DNA of 63,723 nucleotides, the filler included, from Collodictyon triciliatum (lineage: Eukaryota): assembly GCA_043381765.1 (NCBI GenBank). It is 3 parts of 3 records of this genome, joined end to end, with 100 filler letters (N's around TTAATTAATTAA, not from the genome) between each part and the next. Parts side by side here need not be neighbours in the genome. Positions count along the whole stretch, not along the records: positions 54,604 to 63,723 come from JBHJMP010001044.1; 2 more parts are not named here. One strand, 5' to 3'. Both the position numbers and the translations under genes were made by a program. Below are positions 59,201 through 63,723 of this stretch, in pieces. Below the pieces are notes generated by a model. That model ran no database searches and had not been told where the DNA came from. It was given only the letters and a program-made list of their open reading frames with translations. Every line of letters starts with the position of its first letter. The stretch's first letter is position 1.

Positions 59201-59720
59201 TGTTTTCTGGGTATGTTAGATATTCATATGGGACGTATGTTGCATAGCAACACATATGAAACTGACCCTATATTGGTGGACTTATAGAATACGACAAAGT
59301 ACGAGGTACAAAAATTTGGGGTCAAACATGCGATTTTGGGCTCTTATGCAACTTGTGCACGGAAAAGCCGACCGACCCCCCGGACCCTCGGCATGTAAGG
59401 GGTACCTGGGGCTATCAGAATATGTGATCAGATTTGACGTGTGATCATTTTTGATGGGGGTCTGATGGGTGGTCCGATCAAAAATTTGGTAAAAAAAAAA
59501 ATTTTTTTTTGCACATGTACCTATGCCAGCCCCCCCAACCAAAAGCGGAACTTTATTTTTTTTTTAATATTCAGGTAGATATCAACGAGATCTATCATAA
59601 TGATAAGCACAACATATGAATATCTCTTACAACCATGGAGCTGGACAAGGTGGGCGTCCAGATTTTTTTGGATGTCGCATAACACATGTACCTATACCAG
59701 CCCCCCCAACCAAAAGCGGA
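56243..59720. repeat. 1422-bp tandem repeat (~2.4 near-identical copies) with internal ~170-bp subrepeats
   Basis: Identical spurious ORFs at 56756/58178 and 57642/59064 (offset 1422), and 56412/59256 (offset 2844). Subunit catgtacctat(g/a)ccagccccccaaccaaaagcggaa near 56670, 56841 and 57010. Confidence 0.95.
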
Positions 59721-60170
59721 ACTTTATTTTTTTTTTAATATTCAGATAGATATCAACGAGTTCTATCATTATTACAAAGACAGGATATGGATATCTCTCA
59801 CATCCATCGAGCTGCACAAGGTACATGTGCAAAATTTTTATGATGTCGGATACCACTTGGACCTATGCCAGCCCCCCCTACCAAAAGCGGAAGTTAAAAT
59901 GTTTTTTTATATTCACGTAGATATCAACGAGTTCTATCTTTCTTACAAACACAGGACATGGATATCTCTCACATCCATCGAGCTGCACAAGGTACATGTC
60001 CATATTTTTTATGGTGTCCGAGATCACAAGTACCTTGACACCCACCCCCCCTGATCATCACACCTCCCCGGTGATGATCGAGCCTGATAGAATTTTTAAT
60101 TTTGATATTGTAATGTGAAATTTCCAAATTGATATCTCTTATAGTGAAGGACTTTACCTTGGAGCCCAAC
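59721..60170. repeat. Diverged ~170-bp subrepeats of the same family
   Basis: Recurring ccagccccccc-accaaaagcggaa, tagatatcaacgag, cacaaggtacatgt and ggactttaccttggagccca blocks. Confidence 0.8.
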
Positions 60171-61489
60171 CACGGTTTTGGGGGGGTCCCTGGAAAAATT
60201 TTGCGGCTAAGTCAAATAATTTTTATAATAAGTTGTATTTTCCAAAAATGGGACAATTAAGCTAAAAGTTCCACATTTGTAAATGAAAGGGAAAAAAAAA
60301 TAGGGTAGGTGCGCATGTTGGGTTTATGATGGTATTATCACAATATATGTCTCATGACTATTACATACTTTGGTATATATGTTTGCAACTCATATAATCA
60401 TGAAGTATATAGGAATATAATGTTGTAAAGTCATGGTTTCATTGAGAAATTACTAATGAATAGGGGTCAAAATGATTATTTTTTTTATTTTCCACATAAA
60501 GTAATTTTTTTTTGCCTTAATATGGTCAAAAACACCACTAACACACCCTTTTTACCAAAAAAAGTCATTCTTGAAACACCAAAAATGGGGGTATACCCCA
60601 AATTTTGGCATGATTTGCCAAATTTCCGCTCCGAGTTTGGACGAAAATGCCGAGATGAACCTGGTCCGCCCCGGCCCTTAAGTCACACTACAGTCAACTG
60701 ATCAAAAGCAGATGGAGCGCCACTTTTTTCTTTGTACCCCAACTCTCAGTTCTCCTGAACCGCCCATCCAAACTGCACAAACTATACATTTTCTTGCTCA
60801 GCGCAACGCGCCTATCACTTTTATAAACTTTTTTCCGGGCTCCTGGCTTTTTTTCCGGTCGTTCTGTGTAAGATCGATCCGGGGATCGAGTGGGGGCCCG
60901 GGGCGCTGCGCAAGTTTTTCTGATCCCTCGCGCAGCGTCTCCACGTTGTCGGATCTCCTCGTTTTTTTTTTATAATTCACCTATCCCCACCACGTCCATC
61001 ACGAATCAATATAGTTTGGGGGGTTTGGGGGTCTCCGCGGGACGTTGCGTGTCGGGATCGACTGCGGGATCGACGGATCTACTATGTGCGGGACGACGTG
61101 GTACGAAAAACCGGACGGCCTCCTTGAGTAAGTCTTTCAATATAAGGAATTCGACCATGGTCGTTTACTACAGAGTGTAGAGGGTACCGAGACGGATCTA
61201 AAACCGTGCCCAGGATTTATTTTGGATCCCTCTGGATCCGGGTCCAAGCCTTCCGTACGACGCAAAAACCAATAAAGACCTATACCAGCCCAATAACGCA
61301 CAAGCCGACCCAACTTTTTTTTTTCATATTCTTGTAGATCTAGTGATTGTAGTATAGGGACGTATAGCGAGATTAAGAGATATGAGCAGTATTGAGCGAG
61401 TTTCATAAGGTGGGAAAACAGGATTTGGGGGGGGGGTCGGATCCTATTGATCCACTTTTTGACGGGCTCCAAGGACAACTCACGCATTA

Positions 61490-62300
61490 AAATAGCTATG
61501 CGCCCGTGAATTCATCAGTGTGTAGGGGGTACCTAGAGCTATCTAACCATGTGATCAGATTTGAGGTGTGATCATTTTTGATGGGGGTCGGATAGGTGGT
61601 CCGATCAAAATTTGATCACTGCATGTACCAATATTTGATATGGGTCAACATCAACCCCCCCCAAAAAATTTCGGATTTTCTTTCTGTTTTCACAGGATGA
61701 TAGATATTCATATGAGACGTATGTTGCATAGCAACACTTATGAAACTCGACTATACTGGTGGACTTTGACAAGGTAGGCAAATTTCACGGAGGTGCCTAA
61801 AATGACCCCAAATTTTTTACGGGGTTATTGTACAACTTTTGAACCATGAGGGATACCAGCCCGTCGGACCCATCGGCGTGTAGGGGGTACCTAGGGCTAT
61901 CAGACCATGTGATCAGATTTGGGGTGTGATCATTTTTGATGGGGGTCGGATAGGTGGTCCGATCAAAAAAGTCTGATCAAAAAAATTTTTTTTTTTTGCA
62001 CATGTACCTATGCCAGCCCCCCCAACCAAAAGCGGAACTTTAATTTTTTTTTTATAATTATGTAGATAGCAGTGAGTTGTATCATTCTTACAAAGACAGG
62101 ATATGAATATCTCTCATATCCATGGAGCTGGACAAGGTGGGTGTCGAGATTTTTTAGGGTGCCCGGATATCAAGGTACCTTGTCAGCCCCCCCACCCAGG
62201 GGTCGTGGCAAAAAAAAAATTATGGATTCCTGTGCATCTTTTAATTCTAACATTGTAATGTAAAAGAATCAGGCCGATATCTCTTATATTGAAGGAGTTG
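61490..62300. repeat. Diverged partial copy of the 1422-bp unit
   Basis: Shares catgtgatcagattt...gtgtgatcatttttgatggggg, gatattcatatgagacgtatgttgcatagcaacac, catgtacctatgccagcccccc and ccatggagctggacaaggtggg. Confidence 0.85.
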
Positions 62301-62340
62301 CACAAGGTCCATGTGCAGGCAAAATCACTGGTCAGGCGTC

Positions 62341-62690
62341 ATATCTATATGTGGAACTTAATTTTTATTATAAATACCACCCCCAACATAGTGTTTTTTC
62401 GCTCCAAAGTACCAAAATTATGATTGATAAATGTGTTTTAGCAGGTTTCCGTCCAGTTCGGAGTCACATGTCACCTGTCATGTTGCATGGGACCTGTCAT
62501 GTATACATGGGACCTGCCATATCTATATGTGGAACTTAATTTTTATTATAAATACCTCCCTCAACATAGTGTTTTTTCGCTCCAAAGTACCAAAATTATG
62601 ATTGATAAATGTGTTTTAGCAGGTTTCTGTCCAGTTCGGAGTCACATGTCACCTGTCATGTTACATGGGACCTGTCTGCCTATATGTGGA
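62341..62690. repeat. Tandem duplication, 178-bp period
   Basis: atatctatatgtggaactta...gagtcacatgtcacctgtcatgtt starts at 62341 and 62519. Confidence 0.9.
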
Positions 62691-62863
62691 ATATATGTTT
62701 TTTGAAAAAAAGCCTTGTATACCATAGGACTTTTTCCTTCCAAATTATAAAATTATCAATGATAATAGTGTATAAACACATTTAATATTCAGTTCCTGAA
62801 AAGATATCATTGCGCGGGCTGGCTTGAGAGGCAAAAAAAATTTCTAAGTCTTTTTTATATATG

Positions 62864-63115
62864 AAAAAAGTTAAAGACACCCTGATTTTTCTAAGTAAAC
62901 GCCTTTTATATATGAAAAAAGTTAAAGACACCCTGATTTTTCTAAGTAAACGCCTTTTTTTTCGAAAAAAGTTAAAGACACCCTGATTTTTCTAAGTAAA
63001 CGCCTTTTTTTTTCGAAAAAAGTTAAAGACACCCTGATTTTTCTAAGTAAACGCCTTTTTTTTTCGAAAAAAAGTTAAAGACACCCTGATTTTTCAAAGT
63101 AAACGCCTTTTTTTT
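62864..63115. repeat. ~51-bp minisatellite, 5 copies
   Basis: gttaaagacaccctgatttttctaagtaaacgcctttt starts at 62870, 62921, 62971, 63022 and 63074. Confidence 0.92.
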
Positions 63116-63723
63116 GAAAAAAGGGGGGTTTTTGCGCAAAAAAAATTTTTTTCCCGGGTTTTTTCAAAAAAATCGAAAAACCGGCCGAAAGACAAGGAAA
63201 AATCCGAAAAAACGCAAAAAAAATTTTTTTCCCGGGTTTTTTCAAAAAAGTGCCAAAAAGTGACAAAAAGTGCCAAAAAATGCCGAAAAATGCCAAAAAA
63301 CGCAAAAATTTTAAAAAACCCGGGAAAAAAAAATTTTGGGGCCTGCATGGGTTTTTTATATATAAAAACCGCTTTTTTGCGAAAAACGGGCCTGGACGGA
63401 TAAAAAAATGGGGCCAGGACGGGTTTTTTATATATAAAAACCCGCTTTTTTTGCGAAAAAACGGGGCGGGCCAAAAAAAAAAATTTTTTACGGGCCGGGG
63501 CAAAAAAAAATTTTTTTACGGGGGGCGGGCCAAAAAAAAAAAAAAAAATTTTTCCGGGGGCCAAAAAAAATTTTTTTAAGGGGGGCAGGACAAAAAAAAA
63601 AAAAAAAATTTTTTACGGGCCGGAAAAAAAAAAATTTTTTTTAGGGGGGGAGGACAAAAAAAAAAAAAAAAAATTTTTCCGGGGGCCAAAAAAAATTTTT
63701 TTACGGGGGGCGGGCCAAAAAAA

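Noticed and set aside
56412-60054. Repeated 60-170 aa ORFs in the 1422-bp unit, and a CRISPR-like repeat/spacer look
   Set aside because: No protein motifs. The intervening sequences are themselves repeated, the period is ~170 bp, and there are no cas genes in this eukaryotic context.
63116-63723. Homopolymer-rich ~42-bp quasi-repeats and ORFs at the window end
   Set aside because: Looks like low-quality read-end sequence of a repeat, so unit structure and ORFs are unreliable.

Overview
AT-rich, intron-dense eukaryotic genomic DNA in the standard genetic code, probably from an amoebozoan-type protist (inferred from a receptor kinase-cyclase-kinase gene). The window is at least three sequences joined by artificial N44-TTAATTAATTAA-N44 linkers (27210-27309, 54504-54603), with further N gaps. 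Hand-spliced gene models: (1) an LRR/Cys-rich membrane receptor with one LRR per exon, cut by a gap; (2) tryptophan-pathway IGPS (TrpC) followed by PRAI (TrpF), which are not fused in frame but overlap at a bacterial-style ATGA stop/start (9125-9128) inside a spliced locus, the most striking observation; (3) a large minus-strand receptor with a duplicated kelch-CUB-Cys-rich ectodomain, TM, TKL kinase, degenerate class III cyclase and second kinase; (4) a partial multi-pass membrane protein; (5) a partial divergent myosin with an IQ/coiled-coil/PH-like/LRR tail; (6) a partial UBC7/UBE2G-type E2; (7) an NLR-like STAND gene (CH-DUF4062-NACHT-TPR) ending in a 2.8-kb intronless exon with pentapeptide, homogenised WD40, Sel1 and DEYG repeats. 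The last ~9 kb is non-coding hierarchical tandem repeat DNA (21/171/190-bp, 1422-bp, 178-bp, 51-bp periods). Exon boundaries and domain calls come from manual translation and motif recognition, not database searches.
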